Shown one piece after another: positions 27,289-37,021 of a stretch of DNA of 64,000 nucleotides. A program made the position numbers and the translations under genes. The number at the start of each line of letters is the position of its first letter. Position 1 is the first letter of the stretch. This DNA is from Myxococcales bacterium (GTDB taxonomy: Bacteria > Myxococcota_A > UBA9042 > JABWCM01 > BTVJ01). The stretch lies in contig BTVJ01000018.1 of the NCBI GenBank assembly GCA_045863395.1, forward strand, positions 32,001-96,000, read 5' to 3'. The notes beneath the pieces are model-generated. The model did not search any database and was not told where the DNA came from. It saw only the letters and a list, made by a program, of their open reading frames with translations.

Positions 27289-29040
27289 TCAGTTGCTGAC
27301 GCTGGGCTTGTAGATGGGCGCCTCGTAGCTGACGTTGACCTTCTGCTTGGGCTCCAGGACCTCGTTGAAGAAGATCGCCTGGCCCGCGCCGCAGTCGTCC
27401 GCCGGACGGATGACGTAGTCCTTGTCCTCGCCCTCCTCCAGCGCCTTGAAGGTGCCGTCCGCGAAGGTCTTGGTGACCGTGATGCCCGTGCCGAGCTTCA
27501 CGGGCTCGTCCACACAGATGCGCACCACACGACGGAGGATGGTGTCGGCGATCTTGTCGAGGGCCTCGCCGAAGCCGGCCGGGCTGCAGATGTTGGTGGC
27601 GACGCCGTTCTTTCCGAAGGCCTTGACGACCTGCAGATACCGCCCGCCCCAGTCGGACTGGCCCACTGCGCTCTCGCAGATGTAGGTGTTCTTGGCCAGC
27701 GGCCCCGGCCCGCCCTTTGACTTGAGGTAGGCGCGGATGCGCTCCTCCTCGCACTCCGCCGCGTCCTGACCTGCCTTGGTCGGGCACTTGAGGGCGCCGG
27801 TGGGGTCGCTGCCGGGAGCGGGCTTGCCGTCACCCGTGCCGACGACGCCGCCGACGATGGCGGCGACCAGGACGCGCGACGGGTCCGAGTTGACGCTGCG
27901 GAGCCCGTTGATGAACGTGCTCACGGGCTCCAGCGGCCCCTTGCCCGACGAGTCCTTCCAGGTCTTGGGCACGTACTCGCTGTCCGCGATGTCCCCCCCG
28001 ATGGGGTCTTTGCCGTCCGTGTCGCCGAGCAGGCCGCACACCTGCCAGGCCTCGGCGACGAGGGTGCCGTTCTTCAGGAACTTCTTGGGCATCTGGGGGG
28101 AGACGCTGCAGTCCTCCTCGTCGGACACGAAGATGATCACCTGGTAGGCGTCTTGCCGCAGGAAGCTCTTGGCCTGGTTGGCGTTGGGGCCGTTGACGTC
28201 CAGCGCAAGGAGCGCCGTGCGGAGGCCCATCTCGAGCTGCGGGTTCTTGTCCTGGAGGGCTCCGACCACCGCCATGCAACGGAACAGGTCTGCGACCGTC
28301 TGCCCCTCGGCGGCGGCGACCTCCGCGTCCACCCACGCCGGGAGCTTCGCCGGGCACCCATCGACGGCGGGCGGGTTGATGCAGCCTCGCAGGCTCATGT
28401 CGCCGCCGGGTGCGATGCACTGGTAGCGGCACGTGTCTCCGCCGCTCACCAGCTCCCCACAGCACTGGGCGCTCGTCGAGGCAGGCGTCGTGTTGTCGGT
28501 GCAGGACTTTCGGCAGTTGGAGTTGAGCGATCCGTTGGTGTTGGTCAGATACTGCGCCCCCTGGCTCGGCGGCTCGCACACCCACCCGGACGGCGTCGGG
28601 ACCTTGCCCTTGAGCGCCTTCTCGCAGTCGCCGTCCGTCAGGCACTTCTCCACGCGCCGCTCCAGACAGTTCGGCGGGAAGGGCTTGGGCAGCTCGTGGT
28701 GGAACTTGCCCATCTCCTTCTCGGACAGGCCGTCGGTGGTCACCACGGCCAGGCGAACGTCCACATTGACGAAGCCGGTGATCTTGCCAATGAACTCGTT
28801 GATGTTCGCCGCGAGCGCGTTCTGCTCCTGGCACATGGACACCGAGTTGTCGATGACCCAGAGGATGTCCAGCTTCACGGCGTCCGTGTTGCTGCGCTCG
28901 TCTGTGACCTGCGCCGAGAAGGAGTCGAGCACTCCCGCCACCGGCACGTCATTGCAGGCGGCGCCGAGGCCGGCTGCCAGGATCAAGGAGGGGGACAGCC
29001 ACGCGAGCCTCTGTGACAAGCGCTTCCGACTGGTGATCAT
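27289..29040 (-). CDS. Cys-rich VWA-domain lipoprotein (CglB-like architecture)
   Basis: Lipobox LGAAC; DILWVIDNSVSM (MIDAS DxSxS), LAVVTTD, IIFVSDEEDCS; many Cys. Confidence 0.8.
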   Translation of the reverse strand: MITSRKRLSQRLAWLSPSLILAAGLGAACNDVPVAGVLDSFSAQVTDERSNTDAVKLDILWVIDNSVSMCQEQNALAANINEFIGKITGFVNVDVRLAVVTTDGLSEKEMGKFHHELPKPFPPNCLERRVEKCLTDGDCEKALKGKVPTPSGWVCEPPSQGAQYLTNTNGSLNSNCRKSCTDNTTPASTSAQCCGELVSGGDTCRYQCIAPGGDMSLRGCINPPAVDGCPAKLPAWVDAEVAAAEGQTVADLFRCMAVVGALQDKNPQLEMGLRTALLALDVNGPNANQAKSFLRQDAYQVIIFVSDEEDCSVSPQMPKKFLKNGTLVAEAWQVCGLLGDTDGKDPIGGDIADSEYVPKTWKDSSGKGPLEPVSTFINGLRSVNSDPSRVLVAAIVGGVVGTGDGKPAPGSDPTGALKCPTKAGQDAAECEEERIRAYLKSKGGPGPLAKNTYICESAVGQSDWGGRYLQVVKAFGKNGVATNICSPAGFGEALDKIADTILRRVVRICVDEPVKLGTGITVTKTFADGTFKALEEGEDKDYVIRPADDCGAGQAIFFNEVLEPKQKVNVSYEAPIYKPSVSN

Positions 29041-29125
29041 GTCAACGTCTCCGTGTGTCGCTGCTCCCGAGCGACGCGACTGCGTTGGTGGCGTGGTGCG
29101 GTTCCGGGCGCCGCCCGATTTGGGA

Positions 29126-29154
29126 AGTATAGAGCCGCCCCCCGGTGGCTACAA
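29126..29154 (-). promoter_or_regulatory. Putative sigma70 promoter for the VWA lipoprotein gene
   Basis: TTGTAG-N17-TATACT. Confidence 0.5.
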
Positions 29155-29191
29155 GTCCGATGCCAGGTCGCACGTAACGGCGGTGAGGCGG

Positions 29192-30406
29192 TCAGCAGGG
29201 GCCCGGGGTGTACTGCATGATGCCGAAGCACTCGGCCGCGCAGGGGTTGGGGTAGGTCAGCCCGTCGACTCCGCAGACCGGGTCCTGCTGGTTCATGTCA
29301 CACTTGCAGACGCACACGTCGTCATAGAGCACGGCGACGCCGACCGCCGCCGAGAAGCACTGGTTCGGGTAGGTCTTGAAATCGGTCCCACACACGGGCG
29401 CCAGGTCCTTCTCGCACTCGGGGCAGGTGGCGTTCGAGAACACCATCGCCCCCTCGCAGGTGGCGAAGCAGTCGTTGCGGTAGCTCTTCACGTTGTTGTC
29501 CATGCCCCAGCCGCACACCGGCGCGCACGACGTGCTGCAGGCGGCGCACGCCGGGTTGCCCGCGAAGTCGCTCGGGCAGTTGCCGGCGCAGGCGAGCGTG
29601 GCCTCCGAGCACTTGGTGTTCTGGACGTGGCAGGAGTTGGGGTAGGTCTTGCCGTCGGTGCCGCAGACCGGCCAGTCCTGCTTCCCGCAGTTGCAGGCCG
29701 ACTTGCAGGGGCCGCAGTTCTTGAACGTCAGCGCCTCGACGCCCTCGTTGGCGCAAGAGAAGTCGCACCAGTCGGTGTACGTCTGGTCCGCCTTGTCGCA
29801 GTACTGGGCGTCTGGACCGCAGTCCAGGTTGGGGGGCGGTGCCTCGCACACACACGCGGCGCAGTCCTGGAGCAGGCACTTTCCGTCGAGCAGGTCCTGG
29901 AGGGAGATGCCCCCGCACTGGGCGAAGCAGTCGTTGGCGTAGTCCACGCCATCACAGCAGAGCGGGAAGTAGCCCTTGTCGATGCACTTGTTCTTCTCTT
30001 CGCAGGGGAGGTCCTCCACGTCGCCGGCGTCTTCCGTGTCCGCGGGCTCCGTGGCGTCTCCGTCGTCCTCGCTCCCCGTGTCCTCGGTGTCCGTCACGGA
30101 GCCGGCGTCGCTGCCGGTGTCGGTGACCTGCACGTCGGGTGTGACCGCCGTGTCGCCCCCTGCGTCGGAGGCGGTGTCGCCGGAGGTGGAGCCGTCGGGG
30201 ATCGCCGAGTCCGGCTGGTCCCCCGTGTCGGCGGTGCTCGTATCGCCCACCCCGCCAGCATCTGCCGTGTCCTCATCATTTGTGACATCGACGTTCCCGG
30301 ACGGGGTGCCGGTCGTGTCATCCGACGGGCAGGCCGAGAGCGCGATGAAGGCGGCGACGCCCGTGAAGAGGCCCAGGCGGTTGAGCAGGGCGCGGGTCGA
30401 TGTCAT
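29192..30406 (-). CDS. Kazal-type repeat lipoprotein (about 6 Kazal-like modules after a Asp/Thr-rich linker)
   Basis: [42 protein letters not shown]; lipobox LSAC. Confidence 0.85.
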   Translation of the reverse strand: MTSTRALLNRLGLFTGVAAFIALSACPSDDTTGTPSGNVDVTNDEDTADAGGVGDTSTADTGDQPDSAIPDGSTSGDTASDAGGDTAVTPDVQVTDTGSDAGSVTDTEDTGSEDDGDATEPADTEDAGDVEDLPCEEKNKCIDKGYFPLCCDGVDYANDCFAQCGGISLQDLLDGKCLLQDCAACVCEAPPPNLDCGPDAQYCDKADQTYTDWCDFSCANEGVEALTFKNCGPCKSACNCGKQDWPVCGTDGKTYPNSCHVQNTKCSEATLACAGNCPSDFAGNPACAACSTSCAPVCGWGMDNNVKSYRNDCFATCEGAMVFSNATCPECEKDLAPVCGTDFKTYPNQCFSAAVGVAVLYDDVCVCKCDMNQQDPVCGVDGLTYPNPCAAECFGIMQYTPGPC

Positions 30407-30603
30407 GCGGGTCCTCATGCAGGTCCTCATCAAGGGCTGGTCCTGGTGTTGCCAGGTCGGGAGCTGTCAGCTTCGGGGAGTCTAGCACCGCCTCCGAGCG
30501 ACGATCAACCTCTGCGTCCCCTGACGGGGTCAGTTGACCGCGTTCACCGGGGCGACCAGAATGCCGTGCCAGTGAAACAGCAGAGATCACGGGAGTGGCG
30601 CCC

Positions 30604-32649
30604 ATGACACCGAGCACCGCAAGACGACTCGCTGGGGAGCGGTCGCCCCACCTGCGCCAGCACGCCGGAGACCCCGTCGACTGGTGGCCCTGGTGCCCTG
30701 ACGCCTTCGCACGCGCGCGGGAGGCCGACCTGCCCGTCCTCCTGTCCGTCGGGTACGCGGCCAGCCAGCTCTGCCAGGCCATGGGGGCGGAGAGCTTCGC
30801 TGACCCAGGGATCGCGTCCGAGGTCGACGGGCGGTTCATCTGCGTGAAGGTGGACCGGGAGGAGCGCCCGGACGTGGACCAGCTCTACCAGACCGCCGCC
30901 CAGCTCGCCATCGGCAGGGGGGGCTGGCCCCTGACGGTGTTCCTGCTTCCCGACGGGCGCCCCTTTCACGTGGCGACGTGGCTGCCCCGCGAGTCCCGGC
31001 CGGGGCAGCCCTCGCTGAAGGACGTGCTCCGCGTGGTGCACGAGGCCTGGGCTGCTCGGCGGCCGGACCTGGAGGCCCAGGCCGCCACGTGGCTGGACTC
31101 CCTGCGGCGGCTGGAGCCCGCGCGCCCGGCCGCGCCGACGGTGGAGCTGGTAGACGACGCCTGCGACGCCCTGGCGGCCCGCTTCGACGGGGTAGACGGC
31201 GGCTTTGGCCGCGCGCCCAAGTTTCCATCGACCCCGGCCCTGGCCCTCATCGGGCGCCAGGCGCGCCGCACGGGGGAGCCGCGGTGGCGCGACATGGTCC
31301 ACACGAGCCTCGAGCGGATGGCGGAGGGAGGCATTCGCGACCACCTGGACGGCGGATTTCACCGCTATGCGGCGGATAGTCGCTGGTTGTCACCGCATTT
31401 CGAGAAGATGCTCCCGGACAGCGCGCTCCTCGCAGTGGCCTACCTCGATGGTTGGCACCTGACTGGAGACGAGGGGTTCCTGGAGGTCGCGCGGGAGACC
31501 CTCGGGTTCATGGAGCGGCGCCTGCTGCGGGGGGATCTCTTCGCGGGCTCCATCGACGCCGACGCGCCCCCCGGCGGCTACTACCGCTGGACCCGGACCC
31601 AGGTGGAGGACACCCTGGGACCCGAGCATGCCCGCGCCTTCTGTTTCGCCTACGGGGTGCCCGAGCGGACCGATGAGGCCGTCGCCCTGCACCTCCCGCG
31701 GCCCTTCTCCGTGAGCGCACACCGGCTCGGGCGGTCCCTGGAGGATCTGGAGGCCCTGCTGGCGAGCTGCCGCCTGGCGCTCCTGAAGCGGCGCTCCGAG
31801 CGCCCGGCGCCGGCGACCAGGGCCAACGTGGTGGTCGCATGGAACGCGCTCGCGATCCGCGCCTTCGCCCGCGGGTGGCGAGCGACCGGCGACCGGGCGC
31901 TGCTGCTTCGAGCCACGGAGACCGCAGGCGCGCTCCTTCGGGGGGCCCTCGACGCCAGCGGACTCCTCTGCCGGGTGATTGTCGATGGAGCCCCGTTTCA
32001 GCCCGCATTCCTCGATGACCACTCGTTCTTGGCGGATGCACTGCTCGATCTGCATGAGGCAGACCCCAGCGGCCCATGGGTCTCGCGGGCTCGTTGGCTC
32101 GCTGACGAGCTCCTCTCGCGGTTCCTCGATGAGTCGGGGAGCAAGCTCTCGCTCTGCTCCGAGGCCCACGGGCCCCTGGCGCACCGCCCCGGCGCAACCT
32201 GGGACCAGTCGGAGCCCAGCCCCGCGGCCATTGCCGTGCGTGTGCTCCTGCGGCTCCACCAGCTCGAGGGGGACCAGCGCGCCTGGGACGCCGCCGAGCA
32301 GGTGCTCGTCGGCCAGGGCGAGGCGATGCGGGCCAACCCCGCAGCGCACGCCACGCTCATCGCGGTCGCGGACCGCTTCATCCAGCCGCCGGTGACGGTG
32401 GTCGTCGTGGGGAGCCCCGAGGACGCCCGCGCCGAGGAGCTGCGAGCGGCGGCGGCTCGGGCTGGCGACCCGGGAGCAGCGATTGTCTGTGTCCCCGACG
32501 ACGATCCGCGCTTGGCGCCGGGCTCAGGTCATCCACTCTTCGCGGGGCGCGGCGGCACCTCCGGAGCAGCCGCCTGGGTGCGAGTCGGCCACGCGTGGGA
32601 GGGGCCAGTGGCGACGCCACAGGAGCTCGTGGCGACCCTCCGCCGATGA
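30604..32649 (+). CDS. YyaL/SSP411 (DUF255) thioredoxin-domain protein, divergent
   Basis: SPHLRQHA..PVDW, KVDREERPDVD, GGWPLTVFL, APKFP, GGFHRY, PHFEKML. Confidence 0.9.
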   Translation: MTPSTARRLAGERSPHLRQHAGDPVDWWPWCPDAFARAREADLPVLLSVGYAASQLCQAMGAESFADPGIASEVDGRFICVKVDREERPDVDQLYQTAAQLAIGRGGWPLTVFLLPDGRPFHVATWLPRESRPGQPSLKDVLRVVHEAWAARRPDLEAQAATWLDSLRRLEPARPAAPTVELVDDACDALAARFDGVDGGFGRAPKFPSTPALALIGRQARRTGEPRWRDMVHTSLERMAEGGIRDHLDGGFHRYAADSRWLSPHFEKMLPDSALLAVAYLDGWHLTGDEGFLEVARETLGFMERRLLRGDLFAGSIDADAPPGGYYRWTRTQVEDTLGPEHARAFCFAYGVPERTDEAVALHLPRPFSVSAHRLGRSLEDLEALLASCRLALLKRRSERPAPATRANVVVAWNALAIRAFARGWRATGDRALLLRATETAGALLRGALDASGLLCRVIVDGAPFQPAFLDDHSFLADALLDLHEADPSGPWVSRARWLADELLSRFLDESGSKLSLCSEAHGPLAHRPGATWDQSEPSPAAIAVRVLLRLHQLEGDQRAWDAAEQVLVGQGEAMRANPAAHATLIAVADRFIQPPVTVVVVGSPEDARAEELRAAAARAGDPGAAIVCVPDDDPRLAPGSGHPLFAGRGGTSGAAAWVRVGHAWEGPVATPQELVATLRR

Positions 32650-32650
32650 G

Positions 32651-34177
32651 CTACTGCGCCACGTGCGCCGTGGTCGTGATCAAGGCCGGTACCCCCTGCC
32701 ACACGGTGCGCAGCTCCACGTAGCCGGCCCAGTGCTTCACGATGGCCTGGACGGCCCCCTTGTAGCGCGGCCGCCCCTGCGGGTCCGTCCCGTTGGGGGT
32801 CAGGTCCACCGAGGCCCAGGTCGCGTCGCGCAGGTCCGCGTCGTCGAGGGTGGCGCCGTCGGTGTACCATGCCTTGACGGAGGACACGGTGGGCGCCGCG
32901 CCTCCCTCGGCCTCGAGGAGGGCCTCCACCGTGTGGTTGAAGGCCCCAGAGGAGGTCCAGGCCGCCGTCAGGCGCAGATGTGGGCGCCCCGCGAGCACGG
33001 AGGCGACGAAGCCCTGGTACGCCTCCAGGTGCTTCCCTGTGGCCACGCCCAGCCCATAGCCGTCGACCAGGGCGGTGCGCGCGTCCAGGGTGGGGGCGTA
33101 CAGGGCCGTGGCGCCGAGCGGAGACACCGGATCGTTGGTCCCCCGCGCGATGAGCACCGCGCGCCCGGCCAGAGACGGCGCCAAGGTCGCCGGGTCGTCC
33201 ATGGAGCGCCACCAGACCCCGAGGGGACCAGCGAGCGTCTCCGCCCAGCGGTCGGCCTCCTGCTGCTCCGCCGCCTTGGCGCTCACGGCGCGGACCAGCG
33301 CCCAGAAGGCGGGCAGGTCCCCCGCGTCGGCGCCCGCGACGAAGAGCCCCTTCACCCGGGTATCGGCTGCACCTGCGAGCCAGAGCGCCCTGCCCCGCCG
33401 CCCCGCCCCCGCGAGCACGACGCGGGCAGGCGCAAGCACCGGGATGCCCGCCACCTCCGCCTTCTGCAGCGCCGCGGGCAGCTCGGCCACCGCCGTGATG
33501 GCCCGCAGGTACGTGCGGGCCATGGCGACGGTGAGGCTCCACTTGGGGTTGGCAGACTCGAGGGTGAGCAGCGTCGCGCAGTCGTCCAGGTCTTTCTGCT
33601 GGAGCAGGCGGTTGAAGCAGTCGGGGAACGCATCCGTGAGAGGCGGGGACTCCTTCGGGTTGAAGATGGTGTCGTCCGGCACCTGCCCGAGCACGAGCAC
33701 GGGCAGGCCGAGTAGCGCCGCCGTGCCCGCGCCGAAGTCGTCGTCGATGGACACGTCGACGCCGGCGTCCAGATCCGGCGTACCCTGCTGCATGACGACC
33801 AGCGCGCTGGCTCCGTCCGGCGCCAGCACCTGCGGCACGTAGAGGACCGCCGGGTGATCCCACGCGTTCCCGTGCCAGATGTGGCTCCGGAACGCGAACG
33901 GGACGAGCCAGACGCCGGCAGGCTCGTCGAGCAGCTTCACGTTGGCGCCCTTGAGCTGCAGGTTGAGCCCCTCCGCCGTCTGGATGGACTCGGCCGGCAG
34001 CAGCTCAGCTACCACGACCGGCGCCTTCGCGTCGGGCGCCTGGGCCACGTCGGCGACGTCCTCCGCGGTGCCCGCGTCGGCGCCCGGGCCCACCGGGCCA
34101 GGGTTCGTGACGGGATCGTCGCCCTCGCAGCAGGCGAGCGCGATGAGGAGGGCCACGGCAGGTCGCAGGTGGTTCAT
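32651..34177 (-). CDS. PqaA (PhoPQ-activated pathogenicity-related) family alpha/beta-hydrolase-like lipoprotein, nucleophile motif degenerate
   Basis: W.G..W.H..LYVP, LGQVP, W.L...M.R..LRA, AGAGRRG..LW, GTNDP; signal peptide ending LIALAC. Confidence 0.65.
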   Translation of the reverse strand: MNHLRPAVALLIALACCEGDDPVTNPGPVGPGADAGTAEDVADVAQAPDAKAPVVVAELLPAESIQTAEGLNLQLKGANVKLLDEPAGVWLVPFAFRSHIWHGNAWDHPAVLYVPQVLAPDGASALVVMQQGTPDLDAGVDVSIDDDFGAGTAALLGLPVLVLGQVPDDTIFNPKESPPLTDAFPDCFNRLLQQKDLDDCATLLTLESANPKWSLTVAMARTYLRAITAVAELPAALQKAEVAGIPVLAPARVVLAGAGRRGRALWLAGAADTRVKGLFVAGADAGDLPAFWALVRAVSAKAAEQQEADRWAETLAGPLGVWWRSMDDPATLAPSLAGRAVLIARGTNDPVSPLGATALYAPTLDARTALVDGYGLGVATGKHLEAYQGFVASVLAGRPHLRLTAAWTSSGAFNHTVEALLEAEGGAAPTVSSVKAWYTDGATLDDADLRDATWASVDLTPNGTDPQGRPRYKGAVQAIVKHWAGYVELRTVWQGVPALITTTAHVAQ

Positions 34178-34335
34178 GGCGAGCCATGCTAGCCGGGACC
34201 GCGCCCGAGTTCCAGCGGGCCCCGCGCGATGCCGCCCCGCCATTGGGCGCCCCAATCCGGACCGTCACAGGTCGGATTTGATCCGCGCGCTCCCCGGACT
34301 ACAATGGGAGCCCTCCAGGGGGCGGGAGCGGGACC

Positions 34336-35067
34336 ATGCGCATCGGCATCTTCTCCGACGTCCACAGCAACCACAGCGCTCTGCGGACCGTCATCGACTA
34401 CTGCCGTGGCGCTGGCGTGGAGCGCTTCATCTGTCTCGGAGACGTCATCGGCTACGGCGCCGAGCCCAACGAGTGCTGCGAGCTGATCCGCAACGTCGCC
34501 AACGTCACGCTCCTCGGCAACCACGACGCGGCGTGCATCGGCGTCATGGACACGAGCTACTACTACAAGGAGGCCCGTGACGCCCTGCTCTGGACCCGGG
34601 AGCGTCTGACCGCCGAGAACTTCCGGTGGCTCTACTCGCTTCCCTACTCGTTCCACTACGACAACCTGGCGTTCTACCACTCGGCCCCGATCCAGCCCTC
34701 GGGCTTCTACTACGTGGTCACCACGTCGGACGCGGATCTGCACTCCCGCATGGACGACCGGCTCCAGGAGTTCAACTTCGTCGGCCACTCGCACCTGACC
34801 AACATGTACGCGCTCGGCGGCCGCAAGGTGAAGGACGCGACCGGCGGCGAGTGCCGCGCCCTGGCGGGGCGCAAGTGGATCATCAACGTGGGCAGCGTGG
34901 GCCAGCCGCGGGACCGTGACCCGCGCACCTGCTTCGGCATCTTCGACACCGAGGCCCAGTCCTTCGAGCACGTCCGCCTGGAGTACGACGTGGACGCCAC
35001 CGCGAGCCGCATCCTGGACGCGGGGCTTGCACGCAAGTTCGCCCGGCGCCTCTACAGCGGCACCTGA
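34336..35067 (+). CDS. Calcineurin-like metallophosphoesterase
   Basis: DVHSN, LGDVIGYG, LGNHD, GHSH, NVGSVGQPRD. Confidence 0.92.
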   Translation: MRIGIFSDVHSNHSALRTVIDYCRGAGVERFICLGDVIGYGAEPNECCELIRNVANVTLLGNHDAACIGVMDTSYYYKEARDALLWTRERLTAENFRWLYSLPYSFHYDNLAFYHSAPIQPSGFYYVVTTSDADLHSRMDDRLQEFNFVGHSHLTNMYALGGRKVKDATGGECRALAGRKWIINVGSVGQPRDRDPRTCFGIFDTEAQSFEHVRLEYDVDATASRILDAGLARKFARRLYSGT

Positions 35068-35075
35068 CGCCCGCA

Positions 35076-35104
35076 TTGACACCCGCGCCGTGATTGGCTA
35101 GACG
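35076..35104 (+). promoter_or_regulatory. Putative sigma70 promoter for mrp
   Basis: TTGACA-N17-TAGACG. Confidence 0.5.
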
Positions 35105-35150
35105 GCAGGCGGGCGACGAGCCGCCCCACCCAACGCGCCAAGGAGCACCC

Positions 35151-36254
35151 GTGAGCCCGACCAAGCAATCGATCATCGAAGCGCTGCGCACCGTCATCGA
35201 TCCGGACCTGCGCCGCGACCTCGTGTCCCTCGGCATGATCCACGACCTCGCCGTCGACGGCGGCCGGGTCAGCGTGCGCGTCGAGCTCACGACCCCGGCC
35301 TGCCCGCTCAAGGCGCAGATCCAGGCGGACGTCGAGCGCGCCCTCCGCGGGGTGCCCGGCGTCACCGAGACGGCGGTGTCCATGTCGGCGCGCACCACGA
35401 CCAGCCGCGCACCGGAGAAGGCGGACCGCCTCCCCGGCGTGAAGAACGTCATCGCCGTGGCGAGCGGCAAGGGCGGGGTCGGCAAGTCGACGGTCGCGGT
35501 CAACCTGGCCATCGCGCTGCGGGAGGCGGGCGCGTCGGTCGGCCTCCTGGACGCGGACATCTACGGCCCGTCGGTGCCCATCATGCTCGGCATGAAGGAC
35601 CAACGGCCCATGGTGAACGAGCACCAGCAGATCGTGCCCCCGAACCGGTACGGCATCGACACCATCTCCATGGGCTTCCTGCTCAAGGACACCGACGCGG
35701 TGGTCTGGCGGGGCCCCATGCTCGGCAAGGCGCTCCAGCAGTTCATCGAGGACGTGGAGTGGGGCGAGAAGGACTACCTGGTCGTCGACCTGCCGCCGGG
35801 CACGGGGGACGTCCAGCTCTCCCTGACCCAGCTCATCCCGGTGAGCGGCACGGTCATCGTCACGACCCCCCAGGACGTCGCCTTCGCCGACGTTCTCCGC
35901 GCCATCCGCATGTTCAACATGACCAACACCCCCTTGCTCGGGGTGGTCGAGAACATGGCCTTCTTCCGCTGCCCCGACAACGGCAAGGACTACTTCATCT
36001 TCGGCGAGGGGCGCACGGCCCAGAGCTGCGAGCAGTACGGCCTCGAGCTGCTTGCGCGCCTCCCCCTGGATATGGTCGTGGCCCCCAGCGCCGACCGGGG
36101 CGTCCCCGCCATCATCGCGGAGCCCGGCGGCGATCAGGCGACCCGCTACCGCGCCCTGGCGGCCAAGGTGGCCTCCCTCCAGTCCATCCTCAACGCCGAG
36201 AAGGCGACCGGACCCAAGTTCGACGCGTTCTTCGGCGGTCCCGCCAAGGCGTGA
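35151..36254 (+). CDS. mrp: Mrp/ApbC/NBP35 Fe-S cluster carrier ATPase
   Basis: DPDL..DLVSLG, TTPACP, SGKGGVGKST, DADIYGPS, WRGPM, DLPPGTGD, ENM; GTG after AGGAG. Confidence 0.95.
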   Translation: MSPTKQSIIEALRTVIDPDLRRDLVSLGMIHDLAVDGGRVSVRVELTTPACPLKAQIQADVERALRGVPGVTETAVSMSARTTTSRAPEKADRLPGVKNVIAVASGKGGVGKSTVAVNLAIALREAGASVGLLDADIYGPSVPIMLGMKDQRPMVNEHQQIVPPNRYGIDTISMGFLLKDTDAVVWRGPMLGKALQQFIEDVEWGEKDYLVVDLPPGTGDVQLSLTQLIPVSGTVIVTTPQDVAFADVLRAIRMFNMTNTPLLGVVENMAFFRCPDNGKDYFIFGEGRTAQSCEQYGLELLARLPLDMVVAPSADRGVPAIIAEPGGDQATRYRALAAKVASLQSILNAEKATGPKFDAFFGGPAKA

Positions 36255-36270
36255 CCCCCCGGCGGGGTCA
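36252..36270. terminator. Short hairpin built from the stop codons of convergent mrp and phoU
   Basis: TGACCCC-ccggc-GGGGTCA; no U-tract. Confidence 0.3.
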
Positions 36271-36972
36271 GAGCTTGCCCGCGTGGCGAATGTCCGTCCC
36301 CTTCACCATGAATACGACCTGCTCCGCGATGTTGGTGCAGTGGTCGCCGATGCGCTCCAGGAACTTGGCCACCGACTGGATGTGGATGCCCCGCTCGACG
36401 GCCGTCGCGTCCTGGGTCATGGTCCGCAGCAGCGACCGGAAGATCTGGTGGTAGGCCTCATCCACCTCGTCGTCCCGCTCGATGACGACCTGGGCCTTTG
36501 CCGCGTCCCGCTCCACGAAGGCGTCGATGGCGTCGTGGACCATGGACTGGGCCAACGCGGCCGCGCGCCGGATGTCGTCGTAGGGACCGAGGCGCGGCTC
36601 CCGCGCCAGATCGACGGCCCGCTCGCAGATGTTGACCGCCAGGTCGCCGATGCGCTCCAGGTCCGTCACCATCTTGAGGGCCAGCGTGATGAAGCGCAGG
36701 TCCGAGCCGAGGGGCTGGCGCTTGGCCAGGATGAGCAGGCAGAGCTCGTCGGTGTCGATCTCGGCGCGGTTGACCTCCCGATCCACGCGGATGGTGGACC
36801 GGGCGAGCGCGGCGTCGCCGTCCTCCAATGCGCGCACCGCGTCCGAGATCATGCCCTCGACGCGCCCCGCCATCAGCAGGAGCTGGTCGCGCAGGCTCCG
36901 CAGCTCCGCCTCGAACTCCCGGTCCGTGTGCCGCTTCACTCCGCCCCTGTCGCCCGACCCGCTCGTCGCCAT
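36268..36972 (-). CDS. phoU: Phosphate signalling protein PhoU
   Basis: QP...DLR, DLERIGDLA.NI, DDEVD, LERIGDH..NIAE. Confidence 0.96.
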   Translation of the reverse strand: MATSGSGDRGGVKRHTDREFEAELRSLRDQLLLMAGRVEGMISDAVRALEDGDAALARSTIRVDREVNRAEIDTDELCLLILAKRQPLGSDLRFITLALKMVTDLERIGDLAVNICERAVDLAREPRLGPYDDIRRAAALAQSMVHDAIDAFVERDAAKAQVVIERDDEVDEAYHQIFRSLLRTMTQDATAVERGIHIQSVAKFLERIGDHCTNIAEQVVFMVKGTDIRHAGKL

Positions 36973-37021
36973 CGTCACCTCCTGCCAGGGCAGGGTAGCC
37001 CAGCCCCCCCGCCGTTGCACG

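Noticed and set aside
29150..29166. Sigma54-like TGGCATC-N4-TTGT
   Set aside because: Lacks the invariant -12 GC, and a sigma70-type match overlaps it
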